From Planktothrix sp. GU0601_MAG3 (GTDB lineage Bacteria > Cyanobacteriota > Cyanobacteriia > Cyanobacteriales > Microcoleaceae), in the NCBI GenBank assembly GCA_035193785.1, contig CP136572.1, positions 64,001 to 128,000 of the forward strand: a stretch of 64,000 nt of DNA. The letters are read 5' to 3'. Each line of letters opens with the position of its first letter. Position 1 is the first letter of the stretch. Below are positions 11,869 through 26,950 of this stretch, in pieces. Under the pieces are notes generated by a model. The model saw only the letters and a program-made list of their open reading frames with translations. It ran no database searches and was not told where the DNA came from. A program made the translations under genes and the position numbers.

Positions 11869-13872
11869 TCAAGCAGTAGAACCAATAATCTCCTGAAATT
11901 GAATCATATCCATACGGGGATCAACATGACTCACCTTCACCTCAAACTGTTCTCCAACTTCTACAGAACGACTAAATCGCATCGGTAACTCTAAGGCTAA
12001 CTCCTCTAAAAAGACTAACCCCAAATTGGCATCTTCCCGCAGCCATCGCAACATTGTGGCTTGCCAAATTTCATCGCTATTCCGACGCAAAAATTCCAAA
12101 CTCCAATAACGATTCGTTTCCCGTTCCACTTTGGACGCTTCCTTCACCGCCGGCCCTAAACTCATCACAATCGCCTGCATATCTTCCAGGGAAAAGGGAG
12201 AGGTTTCACCTCGCAGATGGGCTTTAATTTGAAAATGAGCCAATAAATCACTATAACGACGAATCGGCGACGTCACCTGGGTATAAGTCTCTAAAGCCAA
12301 ACTCGCATGGCGCGAAGGAGTCAAACCCACCTCACTCCGAGGCATATAACGCCGCATAGTACAAGCTCTCACCGCCCCTGGTGGTAGTTGCATCAACTCC
12401 TCCTCCGGTGGTAATTCCGGTTGGGGTTGACTACGATAAGGTAAGAGTAAATTATGGGTTTGACCATAACGAGCCGCCACTTCCCCCGTTAAAATCATCA
12501 TTTCCGCCACCATTTGGCGAGACGGAGAATCCTCTAATACCGTAATACTGACTTCTTCCCCGTTCACCTTAATCACCGACTCGGGCATATAAATACTAAT
12601 TGCCCCGTTCGCATTTCGCCATTCCTTCCGGCGTTTAGCCCACATTGACAAAGCATCAATTTCCGGTTCCCCCTGGATGCCAATTTGCAACATCTCATCT
12701 ACATCATCGTAAGTGAGGCGATAGGTCGGTTTAATATTACTGACATGAATACTATAATCCTTTACCCCACCCGTTTCATCCAAAATCACACCAAAACTCA
12801 AAGCACAACAGATCTGGCCTTGAATTAGGCTCATTGGGCCAGTTGCTAATTCCGAGGGGAACATCGGAATCATTCCGGTAGGGAGATAAACCGTTGTTGT
12901 TCGGCGACGGGCTTCTAAGTCCAGTTCATCTCCAGGAGAAATCAAACGGGTTGGATCAGCAATATGAATCCAAATCCGTCTTCGTCCATCCTCCAAAATC
13001 TCTAAACTCAAACCATCATCAATCTCACGGGTACTCTCATCATCAATCGTATAGACTTTAAGATGAGTCAGATCTAAGCGATCAGAATCCGGATCAGGCG
13101 GGGGAGAATCCAAGCAACATCGAGCCACTTCAAGCACTTGAGTTGAAAATTGGGTGGGAATTTGACTCCGACGTAGGGATAGGTTTTCATGCAGACCCCA
13201 GATCCCTAAGTCTACTAACAATTGCAATGCAGCTTGGGGCGTTTGAGAACGTTCCAAGGTTGCCAAAGTTTCTAAAGCAGGTGCAACATGGGAAGCTTCT
13301 TCTCCATACAGCGCCAAACGCTCCAACGCATCCAAACGGTTGCGATCACTATTTTGCCATTCTACCACGACCCCCGCTAGTCTCTTTTGTACTCGCAGCC
13401 AATATTCTTGAACGTCCCGTTGTTTTTGTTCTTCAACGTCCTGTTGATGTTTGATTTCTGCAACTTGTCCAGGAGAGCGGGGTTCGTAGCGTTCACCCTT
13501 CTGTTTGAAGTAGAGTTTATCATTCGACAACAGCACATAACTGGCATAACACTGAGGCGGACTCTGCTCAGAAAACAAAAGCAGAGCCATTTCTTTCGGG
13601 TCTATGGTTTCTCCTTGCTCCACTAAAATTTCCCAAGCTACCTCCAAACTTGACGGATCAAGATAGGGTTGCAATTGTTTAGTGAAAGCCTGGATATCCC
13701 CAGGTTTGTATGTAGCCCCCGTTACCTCATAAGCAATTTGCCGAGGGTGAATCGTATGAGCCAGGAGGTTTTCATCAATAACGACCCAGTGTTTTTTCCC
13801 TTCAGGTCGATCAGCAACGGCGAGACGACGCTCTCCGTGCAATCTAAGCTCAATCAGAGTACCCTTTTCCAC
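11869..13872 (-). CDS. rnb: Ribonuclease II/R family exoribonuclease
   Basis: TIDDESTREIDDGLS, HIADP and TSPIRRYSDL (RNB domain). Confidence 0.95.
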   Translation of the reverse strand: MEKGTLIELRLHGERRLAVADRPEGKKHWVVIDENLLAHTIHPRQIAYEVTGATYKPGDIQAFTKQLQPYLDPSSLEVAWEILVEQGETIDPKEMALLLFSEQSPPQCYASYVLLSNDKLYFKQKGERYEPRSPGQVAEIKHQQDVEEQKQRDVQEYWLRVQKRLAGVVVEWQNSDRNRLDALERLALYGEEASHVAPALETLATLERSQTPQAALQLLVDLGIWGLHENLSLRRSQIPTQFSTQVLEVARCCLDSPPPDPDSDRLDLTHLKVYTIDDESTREIDDGLSLEILEDGRRRIWIHIADPTRLISPGDELDLEARRRTTTVYLPTGMIPMFPSELATGPMSLIQGQICCALSFGVILDETGGVKDYSIHVSNIKPTYRLTYDDVDEMLQIGIQGEPEIDALSMWAKRRKEWRNANGAISIYMPESVIKVNGEEVSITVLEDSPSRQMVAEMMILTGEVAARYGQTHNLLLPYRSQPQPELPPEEELMQLPPGAVRACTMRRYMPRSEVGLTPSRHASLALETYTQVTSPIRRYSDLLAHFQIKAHLRGETSPFSLEDMQAIVMSLGPAVKEASKVERETNRYWSLEFLRRNSDEIWQATMLRWLREDANLGLVFLEELALELPMRFSRSVEVGEQFEVKVSHVDPRMDMIQFQEIIGSTA

Positions 13873-13880
13873 AGATAAAA

Positions 13881-14096
13881 TTAGCCTTCCTTATTGACAA
13901 AAGGCAACATAGCTAGAATTCTAGCCCGTTTGATGGCTTGTGTTAGATCTCGCTGCTGTTTGCAGGTGAGTCCGGTAATTCGACGGGGCAGAATTTTACC
14001 CCGTTCTGTAACAAATTTCCGCAACAGTTCGATATCTTTATAATCGATAGGAGTTCCGGGCTTGATCGGAGAAACTTGGCGACGGAAGTAGGTCAT
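13881..14096 (-). CDS. rpsR: 30S ribosomal protein S18
   Basis: IDYKD...[12 protein letters not shown]...AIKRAR. Confidence 0.98.
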   Translation of the reverse strand: MTYFRRQVSPIKPGTPIDYKDIELLRKFVTERGKILPRRITGLTCKQQRDLTQAIKRARILAMLPFVNKEG

Positions 14097-14178
14097 GCTG
14101 AAATTGATCCTCTATGAATTGTTTAAACGGATTTAAGGTTTAGGCTAAGTGTTTAAGTTATGGATACTTTTACAGCCA

Positions 14179-14368
14179 TTACTTAATTTCTTTGTGAAAC
14201 CGTGTGTTTGTTACAGTGGCGACAAAACTTTTTCAGTTCTAAACGTCCTGTTGTATTTCGGCGGTTTTTGGTTGTGGTATACCGAGAAACCCCCTGAGAG
14301 CGCTTATCCGTATTTGTACGGCACTCCGTACATTCGACAGTGATAACAAGGCGAACACCTTTAGCCAT
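14179..14368 (-). CDS. rpmG: 50S ribosomal protein L33 (apparent frameshift at ~14196)
   Basis: ECTEC...YTTTKNRRN...LELKKFC. Removing one T restores the HTVHKEIK* terminus. Confidence 0.95.
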
Positions 14369-14407
14369 AATCTTAGATAGTTGTGATTATTTAAGCACAA
14401 ATATTTA

Positions 14408-14941
14408 TTATTTCATCTCTTGTTTCACTTTGTCAATCAAATAGCGAATTTTAACATCCAGAGAATAACCCCGTCTACTCCCAATCACAATAGTTTGTCC
14501 TATTCGATCATGAACAGTCTGAGGATGGCGACTCGTATCAAATAGCATGGCTCCACAGTCAAATATAATTGGTAGCATCAATAAAAGAATCCCGGCATTT
14601 CCTGTGGTTAAACTTCCTAAACTTAGGAGAAACAGAAAAGCACCTATTCCTATAAACGTCTCTCGTTTTAGCAGTTCTAAAAGCCGAGGAGTTCGGTTCT
14701 GTTGGGAATCAACCACTCGAATATCAAAAGCCCATCGCCCTAAACTCTGTCCTTGGTTTTTAGAGACAACCACAACACGGCAGGTTAACCAACCGATCAT
14801 AAATAGCACAAACAGAGTTACTCCCTTAGCCCCCACCGCAGCACAAAACAACCCAATCAAACTGAAATCCACCCCTAATGCTGCACAACGACGCCAGCTT
14901 GGAACTTTAGGATCAGGTGGAGGGACTAAATCAGAACTCAT
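14408..14941 (-). CDS. RDD family membrane protein
   Basis: WRR..A..VD, GQSLGRW and HD motifs; usual neighbour of rpmG in cyanobacteria. Confidence 0.85.
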   Translation of the reverse strand: MSSDLVPPPDPKVPSWRRCAALGVDFSLIGLFCAAVGAKGVTLFVLFMIGWLTCRVVVVSKNQGQSLGRWAFDIRVVDSQQNRTPRLLELLKRETFIGIGAFLFLLSLGSLTTGNAGILLLMLPIIFDCGAMLFDTSRHPQTVHDRIGQTIVIGSRRGYSLDVKIRYLIDKVKQEMK

Positions 14942-14961
14942 AGGCAGTTTAATCTTATCTT

Positions 14962-15006
14962 TGAAAACACCAAAGCCCCCCTCCGATAAACCAGAAAGAG
15001 GCTTGG
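14962..15006 (-). terminator. Probable intrinsic terminator of the rRNA operon
   Basis: Minus-strand stem CCAAGCCTCTTTC...GGAGGGGGGCTTTGG followed by TGTTTT. Confidence 0.6.
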
Positions 15007-15081
15007 CTTATTAAGTTTCAGTAATTATAAAATACAAGAAAACTGAAGACTGCATAGAGAATCAGAAGAGTAGTGTAAATG

Positions 15082-17967
<2,886 letters not shown>

Positions 17968-18177
17968 ACTTTCTCTTTTTTAGAGAATTTCTGTTCGTTT
18001 CCGAACTCCTGAACACCAGAACTTTTCCGGGTTTCTTATTCCCGGTTTCTGGTTTCATTTTTTGATCCCTTCTGATTCTTCTATGCAGTTTTCAAGGTTC
18101 TGGCTGGAACTTTTTCCAGCATTTACTCTTTCTTGACGGAAAGCTGTAGTGCTGATTTGTTCTAGGAATATTTTCAG

Positions 18178-18250
18178 TGGAGGTAAGCGGACTCGAACCG
18201 CTGACATCTGCCTTGCAAAGGCAGCGCTCTACCAACTGAGCTATACCCCC
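18178..18250 (-). tRNA. tRNA-Ala(TGC)
   Basis: GGGGGTATAGCTCAGTTGG...TTGCAA...GTTCGAGT cloverleaf in the ITS. Confidence 0.97.
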
Positions 18251-18262
18251 ACATTGTTTAGG

Positions 18263-18336
<74 letters not shown>

Positions 18337-18454
18337 TTTTTCCGAACTTGAGATACGTTTGAAAGTCTCTTTTTTTTCCTAGCACGACCTTGGGATGACT
18401 TTTGAGGGTGTTATGTTTTGGATTGAACACTCGACTCAAAAGTAGGTCTCCCTA

Positions 18455-19945
<1,491 letters not shown>

Positions 19946-20130
19946 TTGAAGAATCTGTTAGCTCTTCTCTTGACTAATTAGATTAGTCATGTTATTTTTG
20001 AGTCATCAACTTTACAGTTGACTCCTCTGTTAGTTTTTTGACTAGGAGTTTGTAAATTCGACTTTCAAACGTATTCTTTTTTCTAGGTTCGGGACGCTCT
20101 CGTCGCTTTCGTTTCTCGAGCGCATTTACT

Positions 20131-20159
20131 AATATATCTAACCTCCACGGTCTTGTCAA
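20131..20159 (-). promoter_or_regulatory. Sigma70-type rRNA promoter
   Basis: TTGACA-17 bp-TATATT on the minus strand, ~190 bp upstream of the 16S gene. Confidence 0.8.
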
Positions 20160-20358
20160 CCCTTTTTCTGATCTTTTTTTGATTTTTTTCCAAATCCTTC
20201 CCTAGTAAGGGTTCCAGCTAGGTTTGGTTGGGCAAGCCCAAGAAAAAAACTGGACGCGCAACAAAATTCTGCAAAAAATTATTGGACATGGAGCGATAGG
20301 GATTTTGAGCCAAGTTACGACTTTTTAGCCTACAGAAAATTGGAGTTTTCCCTTAGAC

Positions 20359-20553
20359 ATAGCACTACGCATTAAAGTTAGGACACTTCTAAAGCCAGCA
20401 AACTCATTCACTGCTTACCTTTCCCTGCTTACCTTTCCCTGCTTACCTTTCCCTGTTCCCTGTTCCCTGTTCCCTGCTCCCTGTTCCCTGTTCCCTGCTC
20501 CCTGTTCCCTGTTCCCTGTTCCCTGTTCCCTGTTCCCTAGTGCGTAGCGCTAT
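20359..20553. mobile_element. MITE-like element enclosing an STRR array
   Basis: 13-bp terminal inverted repeats ATAGCACTACGCA / TGCGTAGCGCTAT (1 mismatch) around (CTGCTTACCTTTCC)x3 and (CTGTTCC)x12. Confidence 0.65.
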
Positions 20554-20599
20554 AGAGGGACTAAACAGGCATAAAGTTGAGTTCAGTCGAAATCAGGTG

Positions 20600-20631
20600 A
20601 AAAAAAGGGGCTCTGTAAACACAGAAACCCC
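20600..20631 (-). terminator. Intrinsic terminator downstream of acsF
   Basis: GGGGTT(T)CTGT-gttt-ACAGAGCCCC followed by T7. Confidence 0.75.
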
Positions 20632-20662
20632 ATCGTCTTAATTTAGATTGTGAAATTACTTA

Positions 20663-21739
20663 TTAATAAACAGCACCTTGAGATCCGGTGAGATCAATCG
20701 GTTTCATGAAGTACAGGCTGATTAACTGCCATCCGTTGGATAGATAATAGGGCAGTTTTTGGAAGAACTGAACCAGTTTAGGACTGCCGGAATTGGTGAT
20801 GGCGGTCAACTTTTGGTTATTCTGGACACAAACATCCAATCGGTTATAGAACTCAGGATTACTCACATCCAGCATCACGGGGAAAACACGACCGGCGGTT
20901 TGATTGGTTTTCTCAATGACGTGAATATCATAATCCCGGGCATTCAAACCGAGACAGGAGTAGAAGTCCGACCGTTGTAGATCGTTTAAATACATCGTTG
21001 CAAACACAGATAATAAGAAGAAACGACACCAGAGTTTCGCCTTCCAATCATTCAGCATTTGAGGTTGGGATTGCATAATGGCATCGAAGAAGTCGCCATG
21101 ACGGTTTTCATCCTGACACCAATTTTCAAAGAAGCGGAAAATCGGGTAAATCCGGTTTTCGGGATGCGCTTCTAAATGGCGATAAATGGTGATATAGCGC
21201 CAGTACCCAATTTTTTCGGACAAATAGGTGGCGTAGAAAATAAATTTCGGTTTAAAAAACGTGTATTGATGGTTTTTGGTCAAAAATCCTAAGTCTAAGG
21301 AGAGATTAAAATCCGACATCGCTTTATTGAGAAAACCCGCATGACGGGCTTCATCTCGGGACATCAATTCAAAACACTCTGCCAAAACCGGGCTTTTTCC
21401 CTTGAGACGACGGCTCAGTTCTTTATAGAGCAGGAAACCTGAAAACTCGGCGGTGCAGGAACGCTCTAAAAATTCAATGAACAAACCACGAGTATCCCCA
21501 TCAATATGATCCCAGGATTGGTCAAATTGTGCGTCCCGGACAAAGTGATGGCGGTTGTAGTCTACACGAAACTCTTCCAAAATGGCTAAGAGTTCTTCCT
21601 CGTTGACGGAGATATCCATTTTCTCCATTTCCTCAAAATCCGTCGTGTAGAAACGAGGCGTGAGGATGGTTTCTTTGGCTGGGCTTTTTACCCCGGGTCG
21701 GATTTCGTCAAAAGCGGGTTTTGTCAGGGAATCTACCAT
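20663..21739 (-). CDS. acsF: Mg-protoporphyrin IX monomethyl ester oxidative cyclase
   Basis: [34 protein letters not shown] and DENRHGD di-iron motifs. Confidence 0.97.
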   Translation of the reverse strand: MVDSLTKPAFDEIRPGVKSPAKETILTPRFYTTDFEEMEKMDISVNEEELLAILEEFRVDYNRHHFVRDAQFDQSWDHIDGDTRGLFIEFLERSCTAEFSGFLLYKELSRRLKGKSPVLAECFELMSRDEARHAGFLNKAMSDFNLSLDLGFLTKNHQYTFFKPKFIFYATYLSEKIGYWRYITIYRHLEAHPENRIYPIFRFFENWCQDENRHGDFFDAIMQSQPQMLNDWKAKLWCRFFLLSVFATMYLNDLQRSDFYSCLGLNARDYDIHVIEKTNQTAGRVFPVMLDVSNPEFYNRLDVCVQNNQKLTAITNSGSPKLVQFFQKLPYYLSNGWQLISLYFMKPIDLTGSQGAVY

Positions 21740-22116
21740 GTCTGTTGGATCTCTTTACTTATTGCAGTGTGTTTTAAAGTCAGGAGTTCGCGGGACACTT
21801 CGCCCGTCACCCCGCTTGAGGTTAGGCTTAATTTTGAATTAGCTTAAAATTGCCATGTCATACAGTCTAGCAACCTATATACCCAAAAAAGAGGTTGTTG
21901 GCGTTAAGAATTGCAACAAAATCCGGTATTGCTTGACAATTGACCAGGAATAGTCGGTTGATTTTCCCTCTACAAATGCTTTTGTCTGCTTCTGACAATC
22001 GAGGCCCAAGATCTGCTAAATTGGATGGATGAACTATACTCAAAAATCGCTCAATTCCCATTGTCTAAATGATCCCCTGGATCACGGAATTGTTTTGTCC
22101 TTCCCATAGGTAACGG

Positions 22117-23212
22117 ATGCCAGCAACATTCATCCATCAATTTAGTAGCGGTTTTACACTGTTTCTCAGCCTACTGGTAGAAGCGATCCCGTTTCTGATG
22201 TTAGGGGTTTTGTTTTCCAGTGTGCTGTTGTGGTTTGTCGATGAACGGAAACTTTTGTCTTATATTCCTCCCCATCCCCTGTTAGGGGCATTTGCGGGCA
22301 GTTTAGTCGGGTTTCTGTTTCCTGTGTGCGAATGTGGTAATGTTCCGGTGGCCCGGCGGTTAATTTTGCAGGGAGTTCCCTCATCGGTGGCAATTGGCTT
22401 TTTATTCGCTGCCCCCACTATTAACCCGATTGTGATCTGGTCAACCTGGGTTGCCTTCCGAGATCAGCCGGAAATCGTGGTTTTACGGGTTTTATTTTCC
22501 TTAACTATTGCCACGACTTTAGGCTGGTTATTTAGTGTCCAGAAGGACTTAAGACCCCTAGTTTCAACCTGTGATCGCCCGGGCGTTACCTATTGTTGAC
22601 CTACCTCAACCGCCAGAGTCTGAGGTTGCGGTTTCCCCCCTACTCCAGTCGGGAACCTATTTTTTGGGGGAGTCGGCGCAACCCACTCGCCTTGAGTCCC
22701 TTCCCGCTTGGAAAACTCAAAATCTGCTCAAGACCAAAAAAAAGGCATCTGTTAGTCTTAAACCCGCCCTTCCTTTTTGGAAAACAATATTTTTCACCCC
22801 GACCAAAGAGCGTTGGGATTCCATGTTGGAAAATATGGTGCAGGAATTTCGAGAATTAGGGGGAGTATTAGTATTAGGAAGTTTTATCGCTGCTTTGATC
22901 CAAGTCGCAGTTCCCAGGGAATTTATTCTGAATTTAGGTCAAAGTCCCGTCACATCTATTCTGGCAATGTTATTGTTAGCGGGAGTGGTTTCTATTTGTT
23001 CAACGGTTGATTCCTTTTTTGCCCTATCTTTTTCCTCGGCATTTACCAGTGGATCGCTATTAGCATTTTTAGTATTTGGGCCGATGATTGATATTAAAAC
23101 CGTGGGATTAATGCTATCGGTTTTTAAAGCTAGGGCGGTTTTTTATATGGTGATTCTTGCTTTTCAATTAACCTTTTTATTCACTCTGGTTGTTAACTTA
23201 AATTTCAGTTGA
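22117..23212 (+). CDS. UPF0718/YcgR-type permease (apparent frameshift at ~22561)
   Basis: EAIPFL, FPVCECGNVPVARRL, SICSTVD and FGPMIDIK motifs. Confidence 0.85.
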
Positions 23213-23236
23213 TTTGGCTTTGGAGTTCCACCCAAT

Positions 23237-24032
23237 ATGACGCACCTGACTCAAGGATTGACCCGCTTCTACCATAGATTTTCCCCAGGTTTAGAAAACC
23301 CTTGGTTAGATGTAGTTGCCCTGTTCGTTTGGGGAATTTTATTATTAAAATATTGGATTAGTGGAAAACTCTACATTCTCATCCATCCTAACTATTTTGG
23401 CCTGTCGATTGTTACGGGGATTCTACTATTGATTTTAGGAGGATTAAAAGCTAAACAAATTATTCAACAAAGCTCCGTAAGTTCCTCTGCTCCTGTACAA
23501 CATATCAGCTTATTTCCTAAGGGCTGGGGTAGTTTATTATTAATCATAACCGCCTGTTTGGGATTATTTATTACTCCCCAAACCTTCGGGGCGCAAGCAG
23601 CATTAAAACGAGGTTTAACTGAATCTTTACCCATAACTCGCGCTCAACCCCAGAAGTTTAGAAACCGCAATTCAACCCGAAAATCGCTCTTTAATTGAAT
23701 GGGTGAGATTACTTAATGTTAATCCTGAACCCGATGCTTATACAGATCAAAAAGCAAAAATTATCGGGTTTGTAATCTACCCTCCCAATTTACCGGAAAA
23801 TTATATTTGGTTAGGAAGATTTGTTCTGACCTGTTGTGCGGCGGACGCTTATCCCGTAGGACTTCCGGTTTTGCTTCCCGAAGGAAAATCAAGAGAATTA
23901 TATCCTCAAGATACTTGGTTAGAAATTGAAGGAACAATGTTTACCGAAACCTTTAATAACCAACGGAAATTAACTCTTAAAGCCCAAACAGTTAAAGCTA
24001 TTCTCCCACCTAAAAATCCCTACGATTATTAA
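23237..24032 (+). CDS. TIGR03943/YcgQ-type putative permease subunit (apparent frameshift at ~23661)
   Basis: LIHPNY and RFVLTCCAADAYPVGL motifs; ORFs join as KFRTAIQPENRSLIEWVR. Confidence 0.85.
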
Positions 24033-24035
24033 ACC

Positions 24036-24055
24036 GTAGTAAGCCCTTCAGGGCT
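24036..24055 (+). repeat. REP-like palindrome GTAGTAAGCCCTTCAGGGCT
   Basis: GTAG foot plus hairpin; copies at 1615 and 25600. Confidence 0.75.
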
Positions 24056-24071
24056 GATTATCCTCAATCCT

Positions 24072-25595
24072 ATGAACAATACTCTCTCAAAGTTTAAACA
24101 ATTAAAATGGGTTCAACCCTTAGATCAAGCCGCTTGGATTTTAATGGCGGTTTTAACAGTATTAATCGGAATTGTTTTATTAACAGGCGATCGCACCACT
24201 CCCCAAGTTAGGGAATTTACCTGGCAAAATAAACAAATTGGTGCAGAAGATATGGGATTTTTACTTAATTTTAATCGTCCCATGAATCGAGAAAGTGTGG
24301 AAAAAAACCTGCAAATTGATCCACCTTTACCTGGTAAAATCAGTTGGGCGGGACGACGCATGGCTTATACTTTATCGGAACCTGTCCCCTATGGAACCCC
24401 CTTTAGTGTGCAGTTAAAGGGAGCTAGAGATCATTTATATGGTGATAAACCAGGAACATTAATTCAACCCTTTAATGGCTTTTTTAGAAGTCGCGATCGC
24501 GCCTTTGCTTATATTGGAGTTCAGGACAATCAAGAAGGAAGATTAGTTTTAGTTAATCTGAGTGAAAAAGAACCTAAACCGATTATTTTAACGCCTGAAA
24601 GTTTAGTTGTTTTAGATTTTAAACCCTATCCTAAAGGCGATAAAATCCTGTTTTCTGCTATTAATAAAACCGAACAAAAACAAGGAACAATTTCCCCTGA
24701 ATTATATACTATTACCACGGGAATAAATCCTCAATCTCCAGGAGAAGATACTGAAACTGTGGAATCAGTAGGAAAAATTGAAAAGATTTTAGATGCTAAA
24801 TATTATCGCAATTTAAAATTTGATTTATCCCCGGACGGTAACATAATTGTTGTGCAACGGGTAAGTCAAACTAATCCTAATGATGCGAGTCCTTGGTTTA
24901 TTGAAAACGGAAAATCTCCTAAACCCTTAAATATCCAGGGTGGAGACTTTTTAATTGCCCCGGATAGTCAATCTTTGGTTATTGCTCAAGGGCCAGATTT
25001 AACCACAATTTTACCTCTAAAACCCGATGCAAAACCCCTAGAATTTTTACCGAAATTTGGTCGAGTTTTAGGATTTGCCCATGATGGTAGTGCGGCGGCG
25101 ATGTTGAAATTTAATCCCGATGGGACGCGATCGCTATTTATAGTTAATAACCAAGGACAAGAACTTGAACTTTATCGCACCCCACCTTTTGGGAATATCA
25201 TTAGTGCCGAATTTGACCCCAGTAATAGCCTGTTATATTGTTTAATTACCGAAGTTTTGGATAATCCCGAAGTCTATAAAGAACAGCCTTATATTGTGGC
25301 AATTGATATCAAAACCAAACAAGTTGTTCCCTTTGTGATTTTACCGAATCAACAAGAAATTAATATCAGTTTGTCTCCCGATGGATTAGCCTTACTGTTT
25401 GATCAAACTGTTATTGAAATAGGGGAATCAGATAATCTGAATCAATCCACAAAAACCCAAGGAGGAGATAGAATTAAAACCAGTCGGATCTGGATTTTAC
25501 CCGTAATAATAGATACGCCCACCGATGGTTCTAAACCTCAAGTTAAACCCGAAGAATTGCCCTTTTTTGGTTTCCATCCCCAATGGCTACCCTAA
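24072..25595 (+). CDS. Membrane-anchored protein with Ig-like domain and TolB-like beta-propeller repeats
   Basis: N-terminal TM, FNRPMNRESVE (Big_5-like), repeated LSPDG/APDS motifs, FHPQWLP end. Confidence 0.7.
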   Translation: MNNTLSKFKQLKWVQPLDQAAWILMAVLTVLIGIVLLTGDRTTPQVREFTWQNKQIGAEDMGFLLNFNRPMNRESVEKNLQIDPPLPGKISWAGRRMAYTLSEPVPYGTPFSVQLKGARDHLYGDKPGTLIQPFNGFFRSRDRAFAYIGVQDNQEGRLVLVNLSEKEPKPIILTPESLVVLDFKPYPKGDKILFSAINKTEQKQGTISPELYTITTGINPQSPGEDTETVESVGKIEKILDAKYYRNLKFDLSPDGNIIVVQRVSQTNPNDASPWFIENGKSPKPLNIQGGDFLIAPDSQSLVIAQGPDLTTILPLKPDAKPLEFLPKFGRVLGFAHDGSAAAMLKFNPDGTRSLFIVNNQGQELELYRTPPFGNIISAEFDPSNSLLYCLITEVLDNPEVYKEQPYIVAIDIKTKQVVPFVILPNQQEINISLSPDGLALLFDQTVIEIGESDNLNQSTKTQGGDRIKTSRIWILPVIIDTPTDGSKPQVKPEELPFFGFHPQWLP

Positions 25596-25599
25596 AATA

Positions 25600-25644
25600 G
25601 TAGTAAGCCCTTTAGGGCTAAGAGAGTCCTAAAGGACTCACTAC
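25600..25644. repeat. Inverted REP doublet (REPIN-like)
   Basis: GTAGTAAGCCCTTTAGGGCT-aagag-AGTCCTAAAGGACTCACTAC. Confidence 0.75.
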
Positions 25645-25669
25645 GAAATTAACTAATGAGTGTAAAAAT

Positions 25670-26684
25670 ATGAGAGTCAAGTTTAATATTGTCCGCCAAA
25701 GCCCTAATACCTCAAAAGAGGTGCAAAGTTATTTCCTCGATGTTGAACCAGGAAATACTATTTTGGACTGTCTTAACCGAATTAAATGGGAACAAGACGG
25801 GACTTTAGCCTTTAGAAAAAACTGTCGTAATACCATTTGTGGCAGTTGTTTCCATGGGAATTAATGGCCGTTCTGCCTTAGCTTGTAAGGAAAATATTGG
25901 TAGTGAAGTCGCCCGTTTACAAAAAATTGCCGCGGCGAACTCCGCACAAATCCCATCGAATGATATCCCAGAAATGACTATTGCCCCGATGGGGAATTTT
26001 CCTGTGATTAAAGATTTGGTGGTGGACATGAACCGTTTTTGGGACAACTTGCAAACCGTTGAACCCTATATTAGTACCGCAGGTCGGGCTATTCCTGAAC
26101 GGGAATTTCTGCAAACCCCGGAAGAACGGGCTAAACTTGACCAAATGGGCAATTGTATCCTCTGTGGAGCTTGTTATTCCGAATGTAACGCCGTAGAAGT
26201 TAACCCCGATTTTGTCGGGCCCCACGCCCTGGCTAAAGCCCAAAGGATGGTGGCTGACTCCCGGGACGCCAAAACCGAACAACGCTTAGAACACTATAGC
26301 GAAGGAACTAACGGGGTTTGGGGCTGTACCCGTTGCTTTAACTGTAATTCCGTTTGTCCGATGGAGGTGGCCCCCATGGATCAAATTACCAAAATTAAAC
26401 ATGAAATTCTCGAACGCAAAGATGCCAGCGCCAGCCGTCCCATCCGCCACCGGAAGGTTTTAGTGGAATTGGTCAAACAAGGAGGTTGGGTAGATGAACG
26501 CAAATTTGCTGTAATGGTAGTTGGGAATTATTTCCGTGATCTCAAGGGGTTACTCAGCTTAGGGCCCGTAGGAATGCGGGTGATCACCCGGGGTAAGTTT
26601 CCCTTGACTTTTGAACCCTCCCAAGGGACAAAAACCGTGCGATCGCTAATTCAATCTATTCAAGACTTAGAAAAACAACCATGA
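25670..26684 (+). CDS. sdhB: Succinate dehydrogenase/fumarate reductase Fe-S subunit (apparent frameshift at ~25848)
   Basis: CRNTICGSC, CILCGACYSEC and CTRCFNCNSVCP clusters. Confidence 0.93.
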
Positions 26685-26860
26685 CTTCTTCCACACCTTC
26701 TACTCCAACGCCATCCAACCCCCAACCCGAACCCGCCATGGGTTGGACTCGTTATGCTGAACAAATTAATGGCCGTTTTGCGATGTTGGGATTTGTTCTA
26801 TTAATTGTATTAGAATTTTTTACCCATCAAGATTTATTCACCTGGTTGGGTTTACGTTAG
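26681..26860 (+). CDS. hli: High-light-inducible protein (Hlip/SCP), 59 aa, absent from the ORF track
   Basis: My translation MTSSTPSTPTPSNPQPEPAMGWTRYAEQINGRFAMLGF... carries the ExxNGRxAM chlorophyll-binding motif. Confidence 0.92.
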   Translation: MTSSTPSTPTPSNPQPEPAMGWTRYAEQINGRFAMLGFVLLIVLEFFTHQDLFTWLGLR

Positions 26861-26865
26861 GTTTT

Positions 26866-26893
26866 GTAGAGGCGTTTTATATAACGTCTCTAC
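26866..26893. repeat. GTAG-type palindrome GTAGAGGCGTT-n6-AACGTCTCTAC
   Basis: Direct reading, between convergent genes. Confidence 0.7.
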
Positions 26894-26950
26894 GGATTTA
26901 ATGACCTCATATTCAAAACAATTCTTTTTGTTATAAACCTAGAAATCAAA

